In this document: positions 18,525-31,061 of the stretch, piece after piece
How positions within the stretch are numbered: position 1 is the first letter of the stretch
Layout of the letters: the number at the start of each line of letters is the position of its first letter
NCBI GenBank assembly: GCA_029262815.1
Contig: JAJCYS010000042.1
Location: forward strand, 13,156-77,155
Direction: 5' to 3'
DNA from: Deltaproteobacteria bacterium
Lineage (GTDB): Bacteria; Bdellovibrionota; JAJCYS01
Length of the DNA stretch: 64,000 bases
Position numbers and translations under genes: made by a program
The notes under the pieces: generated by a model
The model's database searches: none
Seen by the model: only the letters and a program-made list of their open reading frames with translations
What the model was told of the DNA's origin: nothing

Positions 18525-18818
18525 GTGGGTGATTTTAAAAAAACGGCTGAAATTTTGCCTCAAATGGAATGGCAACCTAAAAGCCATTCGGAGAAGCTCA
18601 TATTTAGACTGGCCATGAATTGGAAGCGGATTGCGGGACGAGATTTGTTTCAACACTCAGCTCCAGTTAAATACGATAATGGACACCTCACCCTAGGTAT
18701 CAAAGATCCTACACTCTTGTTTGAGTGTCAATCGAACCATGCCGTTTGGATAAAAAAGATAAACACTTTCTTGAACAGTCAGAAGATAAAAAAGATAGAT
18801 TTTAAACTAATCCAATAG
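18525..18818 (+). CDS. dciA: DciA/DUF721 helicase-loader-like protein
   Basis: WKRIAGRDLFQHSAPVKYDNGHLTLG … IKKINTFL…IKKIDF pattern typical of DUF721. Confidence 0.75.
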   Translation: MGDFKKTAEILPQMEWQPKSHSEKLIFRLAMNWKRIAGRDLFQHSAPVKYDNGHLTLGIKDPTLLFECQSNHAVWIKKINTFLNSQKIKKIDFKLIQ

Positions 18819-18892
18819 GCTTCAGACCGTGTCTCAGCATGTTTATATTCCAAGCTAATAACCAGTCCAAAGCCTAATAGAAAAATTTGAAC

Positions 18893-19222
18893 TTACAGTT
18901 TAAAGACAATAAAGAAAGCAATCAAAAGGGCATAAATCACGAGTGATTCAATAAAAACCAACCCCAAAATAAATTGCTTAAACATTTTGTCTTCGGCGCC
19001 TGGATTTCTTGAGATTCCTTCCATCGCAGCAGCAACAGCTTTCCCTTGGGCTAAGGCTCCACCGACAGCAGCAATACAAATTGCTAAAGCCGCACCTAGG
19101 GCCAACAGTCCGTACCCAACTGAAACACTACTCCCAGCAACAGCCTTTTCTGCAGCAAAAACGGGAAGTGCAACTCCCACAACCCCTAAAACTGTACCGA
19201 ATACTTTCATTTGCTTCATCAT
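18893..19222 (-). CDS. atpE: ATP synthase F0 subunit c
   Basis: EGISRNP loop, FIESLVIY ion-binding helix. Confidence 0.97.
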   Translation of the reverse strand: MMKQMKVFGTVLGVVGVALPVFAAEKAVAGSSVSVGYGLLALGAALAICIAAVGGALAQGKAVAAAMEGISRNPGAEDKMFKQFILGLVFIESLVIYALLIAFFIVFKL

Positions 19223-19270
19223 GGCATCACTCCATTTCTATGCTTGTTAATATTGATTCAAAAAACTTGA

Positions 19271-19978
19271 TTAATGATCATGTGACTCTGCTAAAGATAT
19301 ATAAACTAACGTAAGTAATGTAAACACAAAAGCTTGAATAAACGCAATAAAAATTCCTAGCGCCATAAAAGGAATCGGAACCAAATACGGAACTAAACTT
19401 GAAAACACACTATACACCAAGTGGTCCCCATACACATTACCCCGCAACCTCAAACCTAGAGACACAGGACGAATAACATGGCTAAACAATTCAATAATAA
19501 ACATAAGTGGGATAAGCGGATAGAGCGCCTTCGAAGAGGTAGGTCCCATAAATTGCTTAATGTATGCAAAGCCGTGGGTTTTTATGCCGATCAGATTATA
19601 AAAAACAAAAACAAAAATCCCTAACGCTAACGTTGTATTCAAATTGTCAGTAGGTGGTAAAAAACCTGGTATTGCTCCCAGTAAGTTGCAACATAGGATA
19701 AATAAAAACAAAGATCCCGCTAATGAGACGTAGTTGTCGCCATTAGGGCCGATCGTATCCCTGCAGAATTTCCGAATGAATGAAACATACACTTCAGAAA
19801 TGTTTAGCAAAGAAAAACGCTTAGACGGTATAACACTTTGGTGTGCTTTTAGAGAGACCCAAACGATTGAGATGACAATCGAAAGAACCAATAGAACAAA
19901 GACAGCCAACCCCACATGAGGGTAAGTCCTAAAAAAAGGAATGTTTGAAAAATAGAGCCATGAAATATGTTCGCCCAT
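19271..19978 (-). CDS. atpB: ATP synthase F0 subunit a
   Basis: NLLGAIPG..PPTDNLNTT, RPVSLGLRLRGN, IQAFVFTLL. Confidence 0.97.
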   Translation of the reverse strand: MGEHISWLYFSNIPFFRTYPHVGLAVFVLLVLSIVISIVWVSLKAHQSVIPSKRFSLLNISEVYVSFIRKFCRDTIGPNGDNYVSLAGSLFLFILCCNLLGAIPGFLPPTDNLNTTLALGIFVFVFYNLIGIKTHGFAYIKQFMGPTSSKALYPLIPLMFIIELFSHVIRPVSLGLRLRGNVYGDHLVYSVFSSLVPYLVPIPFMALGIFIAFIQAFVFTLLTLVYISLAESHDH

Positions 19979-19979
19979 C

Positions 19980-20255
19980 TTATTTACGCCCTAACCTTAG
20001 CCAATAACTTACACCAAAATAAACGAAACCCAATGTCACCCCCAATGTTATCCACAATAAGGAGAAAAAGGAACTGTTTTTCTGGACTAAAAGAAAAAGT
20101 GTGGCCAGAAGCAAAATCTTTAGCCCGCCAAAAAAGGGCAGTGCACTTAATTGCTTTAGACAGATTAGTTTGTGGAGTTGCCTCGAAATTGCCCACAAAT
20201 AGGCAAACACAAAGAGTGAGGTGCCGATACTGACCCATACCATGCTCGAATTCAT
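19980..20255 (-). CDS. atpI: ATP synthase protein I-like membrane protein
   Basis: Hydrophobic 91-aa ORF directly upstream of atpB; GLKILLL motif. Confidence 0.6.
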   Translation of the reverse strand: MNSSMVWVSIGTSLFVFAYLWAISRQLHKLICLKQLSALPFFGGLKILLLATLFLLVQKNSSFFSLLWITLGVTLGFVYFGVSYWLRLGRK

Positions 20256-20280
20256 TGATTCACCAAGAGGTTTAGGCGTT

Positions 20281-20457
20281 TTATCGTCTTCTTAATATCA
20301 CCGTAAGTATGCCGCCTAAAATACCTAATAAAAGAACCCCGACACCAAAAATGATCCACCGATCGTCGACAAGCTCCATCTTATGCACAAAATACCCACA
20401 TAAGATAACAGCTACAACCTCTGTTGAAAAGGCCAGAATGTATCGAAGTTTTTCCAC
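20281..20457 (-). CDS. atpZ: AtpZ/AtpI-like two-helix membrane protein (not in ORF track)
   Basis: My translation from GTG 20457: MEKLRYILAFSTEVVAVILCGYFVHKMELVDDRWIIFGVGVLLLGILGGILTVILRRR*; precedes atpI-atpB-atpE. Confidence 0.7.
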   Translation of the reverse strand: MEKLRYILAFSTEVVAVILCGYFVHKMELVDDRWIIFGVGVLLLGILGGILTVILRRR

Positions 20458-20509
20458 AACACCCTATGATCACCCTACACTCTATACCTTATGCAGGATG
20501 TTACCGGAG

Positions 20510-21370
20510 CTACCTTAAATTATTAGATTTTTTTTGAATTCGTTCAACTAAAAAACGTTTTTTTTGTGACAGTAGTGCTGCATCAATCAGACTGGGGCAG
20601 CATTGAAGACCATTGAGTGTTTTTAGCGCTTCGGACAACAATCCTAAATGAGATTGACAATGGGAGAGTAAAAAAAGTGCTTTTGCTTGAATTTCATTCT
20701 CGGGGTTAGTAGCCCGAAAAAATTCAAGTTGGTCCCGACATGGAATATATGTACCTTTCAAAAAATAAGTTTTAGCAAGCAAGTAAATTACCTCTTCTCG
20801 TAGTGCAGGGTGCTTTGAAATCGTTTTGCTAAACTCACTCAACGCCTGAACTGCTTTCTTGTAAGCGCCTAATTTTATCAAAGATTTCATAAACAGAAGC
20901 CTGAGGTCATTCATACACCAAGCCGATTTGAAGGTATTTTTTTGGAAATCTTGCGCCTCAAACATAAAAACCAGAAAGGATTCTCTATCTTTAGTCCTTG
21001 ATGCCTTGGCTATAGGCACGACTCGTTTACAAAATAGGTGCCCATCTCCCCCTAAGAGTGAGAGCCATTTTTTGAACATGTGTTTTGCCTGTTTTATTTT
21101 TCCTTTATGAACCAAAGTCGCTATAGAAAGAGAAAGAAAAAGTTGTTTTTGAGACTTAACCGTAGTTTCATCGTAAGCTTTTTTGAGCACACTCTCACAC
21201 ATACTCAATGCGGGGGTGGATAGACACCTATCTAAGACAAGAGACGTGTCAGTCGACCTTTTTGTACAAGCCGTATTAAGCCCAACAACTGAGCAAGTCA
21301 CCAGTATAGCCAACCTGGCAACCTTTGTCCGAGAGGACAAGCGTAGAGGTCTAAATATCTTCTTGATCAT
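20510..21370 (-). CDS. TPR-repeat lipoprotein
   Basis: Lipobox-like GLNTA-C; TPR helices ([20 protein letters not shown]); start uncertain. Confidence 0.65.
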   Translation of the reverse strand: MIKKIFRPLRLSSRTKVARLAILVTCSVVGLNTACTKRSTDTSLVLDRCLSTPALSMCESVLKKAYDETTVKSQKQLFLSLSIATLVHKGKIKQAKHMFKKWLSLLGGDGHLFCKRVVPIAKASRTKDRESFLVFMFEAQDFQKNTFKSAWCMNDLRLLFMKSLIKLGAYKKAVQALSEFSKTISKHPALREEVIYLLAKTYFLKGTYIPCRDQLEFFRATNPENEIQAKALFLLSHCQSHLGLLSEALKTLNGLQCCPSLIDAALLSQKKRFLVERIQKKSNNLR

Positions 21371-23786
21371 CAAATGTAGCATCTGCCAACGCAACCGAGA
21401 CAACCTGCTCATTCTCCTTAACACCAATTAACTTAACCCCTTGAGTATTTCGACTCATAGAAGAAATCCCATCAACTGGTATACGAATCATTTGTCCTTG
21501 ATTTGTCACAAGCATAAGCCCATCCTCCGGCCTCACCTTCAAGCAACTGACAACGCGACCTATTTTTTCCGTTGTTTTCATCGCAATGATGCCAGATCCC
21601 CCTCGTTTTTGTAAACGAAAGGCACTTTGTCTCGTGCGTTTCCCATACCCTTTACTAGATACCGTGAGAAGGTTCTTTTTATCATCTAACATCACAGCCA
21701 TAGAAACGATTTCGTCTCCTTTTGTAAGCCGCATGCCGATCACACCTCTGGCATTCCGCCCCATACATCTTACATCTTTTTCAGTAAATCGAATGGATTG
21801 CCCTTTAGAACTCATTAGGCATACATTATCATCATCTGAAACCAATTCTGCATCAATAAGCACATCACCGTCATCACACTTCAATGCAATAATTCCACCT
21901 GCACGAATATTCTTAAAATCAACTAATTGGCATTTTTTTGTCACACCATTTTTTGTTGCCATAAATACAAAGCGCCCATCTTCAAATGAAGAAATAGGTA
22001 GAATACTGACAATCTTCTCATCCGATTTCAAATTTAATACATTTACAACAGGTCGTCCACGGGACGTCTTAGTACCCATCGGGATTCTATAAACCTTCAG
22101 CCAATAGAGCCTCCCTTTATCTGAAAAACACAACAGAACGTTCCGGTTTCCTGTCACAAACACATTTTCTATAAAGTCTTCAGTCTGTACACCAGCTCCC
22201 CGAACACCTCTTCCACCACGTCTTTGAGACCGATATTCAGTCAATGGATTTTTCTTGAGGTACCCTTTGTGTGAAAGAGTGATAACCATATCCTCTTCAG
22301 TTACAAGATCCTCTTCATTAAAATCAACCGAGCTTTGCTCAATAGAGGTACGACGTTTATCACCGAATAGCTCTTTAATTTCAATAAACTCTGTCTTTAT
22401 CACATCATAAATTAAGCTAACTTTTGAAAGAAGAACCTTAAGTGCTTTTGCCTCTTTCTGACATTTATTATATTCATCACTTAGATTTGAGGTTTCAAGT
22501 TGTGTCAATTTCTGAAGCCGCATATCCAAAATAGATTTCGCTTGAATATCAGAAAGTAAAAATGTACTTACCAAGGACAGATGTGCTTCCTTGGGGCTTT
22601 CAGACTTTTTAATGAGAGCAACAACTTCATCAATATTTTGAATTGCCTTAATCAAGCCTTCAAGAATATGAATTCTGTCTTGAAGTTTTCTAAGTTCAAA
22701 CAAACTTCTTTTGGTAATAACTTCTTTTCTATAAAGCAAAAACTCTTGTAGCATTTCTTTTAATGAAAAAAGCTTGGGCGCGTTGTTTATTAAAGCAAGG
22801 AGTTGAATCCCAAAAGACGTCTGCATTTGAGTATGCTTATACAGCTGGTTCAGTAAAAGCTCAGGCGTTTCACCCTTTCGCAACTCAATAACAACCCGCA
22901 TGCCTTCTCTGCTAGATTCGTCGCGTATATCGGAGATGCCTTCGAGTGCTTTATCTCGGACTAAATCCGCTATCTTCTGTATAAGGTTTGCCTTATTCAC
23001 TTGATAAGGCAACTCATGAACAATAATTGCAGACCGGTTTCCTTTGATGGGCTCAATTTCAGCTTTTGCTCGAACTTGAATCACCCCACGTCCAGTTCGA
23101 TACGCATCATGAAATCCTTTTGTTCCATAAATCGTACCTGCAGTTGGGAAATCTGGGCCTTTAATAATTTTTAATAAATCTTCTAACTGAGCTTCGGGAT
23201 GATCAATTAAATAAATCAATGCCTCTACAACTTCAGACAAGTTGTGAGGTGGTACATTGGTAGCCATACCCACAGCAATCCCGTTACTGCCATTAATGAG
23301 CAAGTTGGGTACTCGAGTAGGCAAAAGTTTAGGCTCTTTCAAGGTCCCATCGTAGTTGGGCGCAAATTCAACCGTTTCTTTCTCAATATCTTGAAGAATG
23401 TAGTCAGAAACTTTCTGTAATCTAACCTCGGTATACCTCATAGCCGCAGGAGAGTCACCATCGATACTTCCGAAGTTCCCTTGACCATCAACAAGAGGGT
23501 ATCTCAAGCTAAAGTCTTGAGCCATCCGTACCATGGCATCGTATACAGCAGTATCGCCATGTGGATGATACTTACCCAACACTTCACCGATAATACGTGC
23601 AGACTTCTTGAATGATTGATTGTATTTGTTGTTGAGCATGTGCATTGTGTACAAGATTCTTCGATGGACAGGCTTTAGCCCATCCCGGACGTCTGGTAAT
23701 GCCCTACCAACAATAACACTCATCGCATACTCTAAGTATGCATCCTGAATCTCACTTACAATATTTGTTTGAGATATATCACTCAT
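21351..23786 (-). CDS. gyrA: DNA gyrase subunit A
   Basis: [26 protein letters not shown], GyrA-box QRRGGRG. Confidence 0.98.
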   Translation of the reverse strand: MSDISQTNIVSEIQDAYLEYAMSVIVGRALPDVRDGLKPVHRRILYTMHMLNNKYNQSFKKSARIIGEVLGKYHPHGDTAVYDAMVRMAQDFSLRYPLVDGQGNFGSIDGDSPAAMRYTEVRLQKVSDYILQDIEKETVEFAPNYDGTLKEPKLLPTRVPNLLINGSNGIAVGMATNVPPHNLSEVVEALIYLIDHPEAQLEDLLKIIKGPDFPTAGTIYGTKGFHDAYRTGRGVIQVRAKAEIEPIKGNRSAIIVHELPYQVNKANLIQKIADLVRDKALEGISDIRDESSREGMRVVIELRKGETPELLLNQLYKHTQMQTSFGIQLLALINNAPKLFSLKEMLQEFLLYRKEVITKRSLFELRKLQDRIHILEGLIKAIQNIDEVVALIKKSESPKEAHLSLVSTFLLSDIQAKSILDMRLQKLTQLETSNLSDEYNKCQKEAKALKVLLSKVSLIYDVIKTEFIEIKELFGDKRRTSIEQSSVDFNEEDLVTEEDMVITLSHKGYLKKNPLTEYRSQRRGGRGVRGAGVQTEDFIENVFVTGNRNVLLCFSDKGRLYWLKVYRIPMGTKTSRGRPVVNVLNLKSDEKIVSILPISSFEDGRFVFMATKNGVTKKCQLVDFKNIRAGGIIALKCDDGDVLIDAELVSDDDNVCLMSSKGQSIRFTEKDVRCMGRNARGVIGMRLTKGDEIVSMAVMLDDKKNLLTVSSKGYGKRTRQSAFRLQKRGGSGIIAMKTTEKIGRVVSCLKVRPEDGLMLVTNQGQMIRIPVDGISSMSRNTQGVKLIGVKENEQVVSVALADATFDDQEDI

Positions 23787-23797
23787 TCATATTCACC

Positions 23798-24790
23798 TTA
23801 CAAAGATATCAGCGCAGAACCCCAGGTAAACCCTGAACCAAAGGCCAAAAGAAGAACTTTGCTACCAGGCTTTACTTTCTCTTGTAATAAAGCTTCTGAT
23901 AGTGCAATAGGTATACTTGCAGCAGTCGTGTTTCCATATCTATCTATGTTTATAAAAAATTTACTTTGATCCCATTCTAGTGACTTTCTAACAAATTCAA
24001 TGATGCGAGCATTCGCTTGATGACAAATGACTAAATCGATATCCTGTTCGGTTAAATTATGTTTTAAAAGTGTATCTCTAGCAAGTTTCTCCATCATCGT
24101 GGTTGCCATTTGAAATACTTTTCTTCCGTTCATCTGAGGAAAAAGGAGTCTCTCTTCAGCCATACCAGGTTCAAACCATTTTTTAAAAGCAGTTCCAGGC
24201 GCAGGTACCCAAAGGTCCTTGGCATACTTGCCATCCGCACCTAGGCTAATGTCTAAAATACCGTCATCTGTCGAGTCGCTTTGCTCTAATATAACTGCCC
24301 CTGCTCCGTCTCCAAAAAGAACCGCAACATCACGACCTTCATTAGAGAAATCAAGTCCCTTTGAGTGAACCTCTGCCCCGACTACAAGCACACGTTTGTA
24401 CATACCAGATTCTATATAAGCCTTTGCAACAGACAAACTGTACAAAAAACCTGAGCACTGTGTCCGCACATCCATTGCCGGTACTCCAGCTAGCCCTAGT
24501 TTTTCCTGTAAAAAAACAGCTGATCCAGGAAACATGTGGTCAGGGCTTAAGGTGGCAAGGATAATACACTCAATTGAGTCTTTTCCAACCTCAGCACTTT
24601 TTAGAGCAGCTTGGGTGGCCTCATAAGCTAAATCACTTGTGGATTGATCATCGGATCCATACCGTCGCTCTTTGATACCACTTCTTGCTTGAATCCACTC
24701 ATCAGTTGTTTCCATTACTTTAGCTAAATCATTGTTTGTAACAACGCGTTCGGGCACATAGTGTCCGATTCCAATTATTTTTGTCCCCAT
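23798..24790 (-). CDS. fabH: 3-oxoacyl-ACP synthase III
   Basis: Catalytic triad C (TQCSGF), H (CHQAN), N (YGNT); LFGDGAGA; FGSGFTWG. Confidence 0.95.
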   Translation of the reverse strand: MGTKIIGIGHYVPERVVTNNDLAKVMETTDEWIQARSGIKERRYGSDDQSTSDLAYEATQAALKSAEVGKDSIECIILATLSPDHMFPGSAVFLQEKLGLAGVPAMDVRTQCSGFLYSLSVAKAYIESGMYKRVLVVGAEVHSKGLDFSNEGRDVAVLFGDGAGAVILEQSDSTDDGILDISLGADGKYAKDLWVPAPGTAFKKWFEPGMAEERLLFPQMNGRKVFQMATTMMEKLARDTLLKHNLTEQDIDLVICHQANARIIEFVRKSLEWDQSKFFINIDRYGNTTAASIPIALSEALLQEKVKPGSKVLLLAFGSGFTWGSALISL

Positions 24791-24791
24791 A

Positions 24792-27443
<2,652 letters not shown>

Positions 27444-27444
27444 C

Positions 27445-28584
27445 TTACACCCTTAAAGGCATAATCAAGGCTCTATAATGCGAACCATCCTCAGGCAACA
27501 GGATCATATGTGTTTCTTTATCTCTTATTAAAATTTTAACCTGATCACCTGTAAGTACAGATAGAGGCTCAATTAAATACCGTGAGTTTAGAGTTGCTAC
27601 GACAGATTTTCCTTCATCAAATGCATTTATTTCATCTGGTGTAAGAGCCTCCCTAGCATCTCCTAAGGTCTCACTTGTACAATACAGTTCCACTTTTTCA
27701 TGTGAAAAAGTAAGTTGAATGGCTCTTAGTTTCTCTGAACTCAAAAGAGATGTTCTTTTTAACGCAGACATGAGTTGCTCACGATTAATGATGAACTCAG
27801 AAAAATCATCTTGCACGTCAACAATATGTTTAAAAGCCGGAAAATCACCGTCCATTAACCGTACATATAAGTTGAAATTTTCATGCTGAAAGCACAACAC
27901 CTTATTGGACTCAAAAATACTTATATTTTTGTCTTCACCAATGAGTTCACACAGCTTTTTGACCTCGAAAGCCCCTTTCTTAGGAAGTATATATTGGCCC
28001 TTCGACAATAGGTCCTCAGACTCGTGACCATATTGAGTCATATCGAATACACTCAATCGGTGTCTGTCTGTCGAAGCTATCTTCCACTCATTTGAGTCGG
28101 ACAAATCGAATAAGACACTATTCAGAATGATCTGTGTTTCGTCTGAAGAAACAGAGATCAATGTATGTTCCAATGCCGATTTTAGGTGTGTTGAATTAAC
28201 ACAAATCCCTTTCTCAGCATGTTTAACATCAAAAATAGGAAAGTCTTCGTGCGGTAGGGTATTGAGTCTAAATGAAGCACTTCCAGAGGAAAGTTCTAAA
28301 GACTGATTTTCATTTAGCGAGAGTTGTATTTCATCAGATGACAGATCTTTTACAATGCTAGTGAAGCTTTTTACGGGTATGCAGAAGGTACCTTCACCTT
28401 CTACTTGGCAAGAGATCGTAGCCGTCGCATAAACTTCGAGATCAGTGGTTGTTATCGTGAGTGTATCTCCAGATGCTGAAATCAATCCATGAGAAAGGAT
28501 TGGCATTGTTGATCTTTTCTCTGCAATACTCTGACAAAAAGATAAAACGTTAGAGAGTGCTACTTTTTCTACTTGTACTTTCAT
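27445..28584 (-). CDS. dnaN: DNA polymerase III beta clamp
   Basis: TMPILS, TDLE, STDRHRL, RLMDGDFP, C-terminal LIMPLRV. Confidence 0.97.
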   Translation of the reverse strand: MKVQVEKVALSNVLSFCQSIAEKRSTMPILSHGLISASGDTLTITTTDLEVYATATISCQVEGEGTFCIPVKSFTSIVKDLSSDEIQLSLNENQSLELSSGSASFRLNTLPHEDFPIFDVKHAEKGICVNSTHLKSALEHTLISVSSDETQIILNSVLFDLSDSNEWKIASTDRHRLSVFDMTQYGHESEDLLSKGQYILPKKGAFEVKKLCELIGEDKNISIFESNKVLCFQHENFNLYVRLMDGDFPAFKHIVDVQDDFSEFIINREQLMSALKRTSLLSSEKLRAIQLTFSHEKVELYCTSETLGDAREALTPDEINAFDEGKSVVATLNSRYLIEPLSVLTGDQVKILIRDKETHMILLPEDGSHYRALIMPLRV

Positions 28585-28907
28585 GGCGAGTTATTTTAGC
28601 AGTCTCCTGAGATATTACAATCGCTAGCATGAATGTTTAGATAATGAATTTATTTATCCCGCTATGGTTATTAAAGATTAAACCAAAGAACCTGTTGAAA
28701 TATAGAGTAACTATTTGTTTTTTAAAGTGAAGCTATGATTAACACTTTCTGTCACTTTTCAACATTTTGGTTATCTACTAATTTAAGCACTAAGTTTTAC
28801 AAGATAGTAATCATAAATCTACACTAGAAAAACACACTTTTTACACAGGTCAAAAAAAGCGTTTAAAATTGCTTCAAAACCTATTGAAAGACCTGTTGAA
28901 AAGAACG
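28585..28907. other. Probable chromosomal replication origin oriC
   Basis: AT-rich dnaA-dnaN spacer with box-like 9-mers at 28693, 28756, 28839, 28882, 28894; apparent C-rich to G-rich strand change across this region; parS/parAB nearby. Confidence 0.75.
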
Positions 28908-30248
28908 TTAAGGTACTAAGTTTTTTAACTTTTGCTCAATACCTTCAACTTGAAGTCGGAATTTTTTGTCTTCAGACAAGAGTCTAGAAACTTTTCTCAC
29001 GCCATGAATAACGGTCGTATGGTCCTTTCCACCAAAAGCAAACCCAATTTCTGGATAAGATTTATCCGTAAACTTTCGAACGAGGTACATGGAGATATGT
29101 CTGGGCAATGAAATATCTCGGGCTTTAATGCTAGATTTCAATTCGAGTACGCGACATCGGTATTCTTTTGCAACCATATTGAGAATTTGTTCTATTTCAT
29201 AAGACACTTTTTCCGTTTTTAGAAAAGGTTTGACCAATTGTTTTGTAGACTCGAGGGTAAAAGGAGTTTGAAAAAGTCGTGAGGCGAATTTCAACTTTTG
29301 GAGTGCGCCCTCAATTTCCCTGACATTATTTGTACAGTGAGAGGCTAGGAAGTTAATGACTTCATTAGATAAAGTAAGGTTTAGAAGCTTTACTTTTGTT
29401 TTTAGAATAGCAATTCGCGTTTCGAGATCAGGGGGTTGAATATCTGCGATTAACCCCCACTCAAACCGGGTGCGAATGCGATTTTCCAGACCTGTTAAAT
29501 CCTTAGGCACCTTGTCGCTTGTAACAACTATTTGTTTTCCCTGTTCGTATAACATATTGAAAGTAAAGAAAAATTCTTCTTGAATAGATTCTTTTCCAGA
29601 CAAGAATTGCACATCATCAAGCAAGAAAATATCGATATCGTCTCTGTATTTTTTTCTAAACTCGAACAAACGTTCATTTGAGGTAAAGCTGGTAAAATCC
29701 GTAATAAACTGTTCACACGGGACATAACAGGTTTTTCGCTCAGGGTATTTTTGGGAAACTTCGTGCTTAATAGCACGTATTAGGTGCGTTTTGCCTAATC
29801 CAGATGCGCCGAAGAAAAAAAGTGGGTTAAAACTTTTTCCAGGTTCGTCGACAATGGCCTTCGCTGCAGCATGGGCAAATTGGTTGGACGGACCTAATAT
29901 AAATGTCTCAAATGTATAGGTTTTATGAGATCGAGGTTCAGTTTGTGATGGATTAGGGTCATTCAGACTTAAAGTCGCTTGTAGTGTTTTCAAAGTAATA
30001 AAAAACGGAATAGGATCGACAAGGGTATGAATGATTTTTTTGATCGTATTAATATGGTTTTTATTAATAGTTTCAAGTATATAGTCATCATCTGCCAATA
30101 TGGTTATATGGAGTTTTTCAGTGTTTTCTTGAGAGAGAAAAGCTGCTTTTAGGCTTAGTTTTTGAATCCAGGCAGTATAGCAATGCAGAGAAAAGCTTTT
30201 TTTTGCAACTGCTTGAAACGTTTGATTTATTTTAGTAGTCTCAATCAT
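28908..30248 (-). CDS. dnaA: Chromosomal replication initiator DnaA
   Basis: YTFETFILGPSN, FNPLF, GASGLGKT, LLDDVQ, RFEWGL, NVREIEGAL, GGKDHTTV; ATG 30248 with GAGG SD avoids overlap with rpmH. Confidence 0.97.
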   Translation of the reverse strand: MIETTKINQTFQAVAKKSFSLHCYTAWIQKLSLKAAFLSQENTEKLHITILADDDYILETINKNHINTIKKIIHTLVDPIPFFITLKTLQATLSLNDPNPSQTEPRSHKTYTFETFILGPSNQFAHAAAKAIVDEPGKSFNPLFFFGASGLGKTHLIRAIKHEVSQKYPERKTCYVPCEQFITDFTSFTSNERLFEFRKKYRDDIDIFLLDDVQFLSGKESIQEEFFFTFNMLYEQGKQIVVTSDKVPKDLTGLENRIRTRFEWGLIADIQPPDLETRIAILKTKVKLLNLTLSNEVINFLASHCTNNVREIEGALQKLKFASRLFQTPFTLESTKQLVKPFLKTEKVSYEIEQILNMVAKEYRCRVLELKSSIKARDISLPRHISMYLVRKFTDKSYPEIGFAFGGKDHTTVIHGVRKVSRLLSEDKKFRLQVEGIEQKLKNLVP

Positions 30249-30360
30249 AAAGTAGTATGCCTCATAAAGGTCAGTGTTATTGACATAAGCTGTTAAATGT
30301 GATTTTAATGGACTCCTACTTTTTTTCAACGTTAGAATTAATTTTTGAAGTGAGGGTGCG

Positions 30361-30519
30361 GTGAAACGGACATACCAACCAAGCAATCTAAAAAGAAAAA
30401 GAAAACACGGTTTCCGGTCACGTATGCAAACTGCAGATGGCAGGAAAATTCTGAGTAATCGTAGGCGTAAAGGGCGAAAACAGTTGACGGTTTCGGTGCC
30501 AAGTAAGCGATCGAAGTAA
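30361..30519 (+). CDS. rpmH: 50S ribosomal protein L34 (not in ORF track)
   Basis: GTG start; [52 protein letters not shown]. Confidence 0.97.
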   Translation: MKRTYQPSNLKRKRKHGFRSRMQTADGRKILSNRRRKGRKQLTVSVPSKRSK

Positions 30520-30524
30520 ACATC

Positions 30525-30851
30525 TTGAGAAGAACAAGACGATATCGGACTGACTCTTTTGGAGTTACCTGGTTAGATTCGACATGTCTAGGTGGGACCA
30601 CAGCTTTGTTTAGAATTTCGGGTCGTTGTTTGGGGGCCGTGAAACGCAACAAAGTAAAACGTGTGATTAGGCATATGTTTATAAGTCAGAAGCCTTCCTC
30701 AAAACAGTTTGTGTTTCATGTTCATAAAGAACACACAGGGGTTGTTTCTTCGTGGGAAGATTACTTAAAGAGGCTTAAGCATGATTTGGAAAATTTTATA
30801 CTTTATATGGAACAGCGGCCCTCTTTCAAAAGTCGCCATTGTTCTAGTTAA
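30525..30851 (+). CDS. rnpA: RNase P protein component (divergent)
   Basis: AVKRNKVKRVIR RNR-like motif; between rpmH and yidD. Confidence 0.8.
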   Translation: MRRTRRYRTDSFGVTWLDSTCLGGTTALFRISGRCLGAVKRNKVKRVIRHMFISQKPSSKQFVFHVHKEHTGVVSSWEDYLKRLKHDLENFILYMEQRPSFKSRHCSS

Positions 30852-31044
30852 AGCGTATCAAGTTGGGTTAAGGCCCTATTTTTCTACAGGTTGTTATTTT
30901 TACCCAAGCTGTTCGGAGTTTGCTTTGGGAAGCATTCGAAAAAAAGGAATTGTAAAAGCATTGCCTGGTATTTTAGGCCGGATACTCAGGTGTCATCCTG
31001 TTGGAAAACGGTCTCATCAGAATGTGATGATTGAGCTCCCATAA
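30781..31044 (+). CDS. yidD: Membrane protein insertion efficiency factor
   Basis: YQ…CYFYPSCSEFA…RILRCHP. Confidence 0.9.
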   Translation: MIWKILYFIWNSGPLSKVAIVLVKAYQVGLRPYFSTGCYFYPSCSEFALGSIRKKGIVKALPGILGRILRCHPVGKRSHQNVMIELP

Positions 31045-31061
31045 GGGAACAAGGTGGCATA

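Noticed and set aside
20048..20056. Perfect TTATCCACA boxes at 20048, 35316 and 42782 (minus)
   Set aside because: Isolated and inside coding sequence; function cannot be supported
30249..30386. N-terminal extension of dnaA in the ORF track (similarly lptE to 18656, lipoprotein to 36375, TPR gene to 21427, gyrB to 27212)
   Set aside because: They overlap rpmH, dciA, parS, gyrA or leader elements; downstream starts have better SD or signal-peptide context
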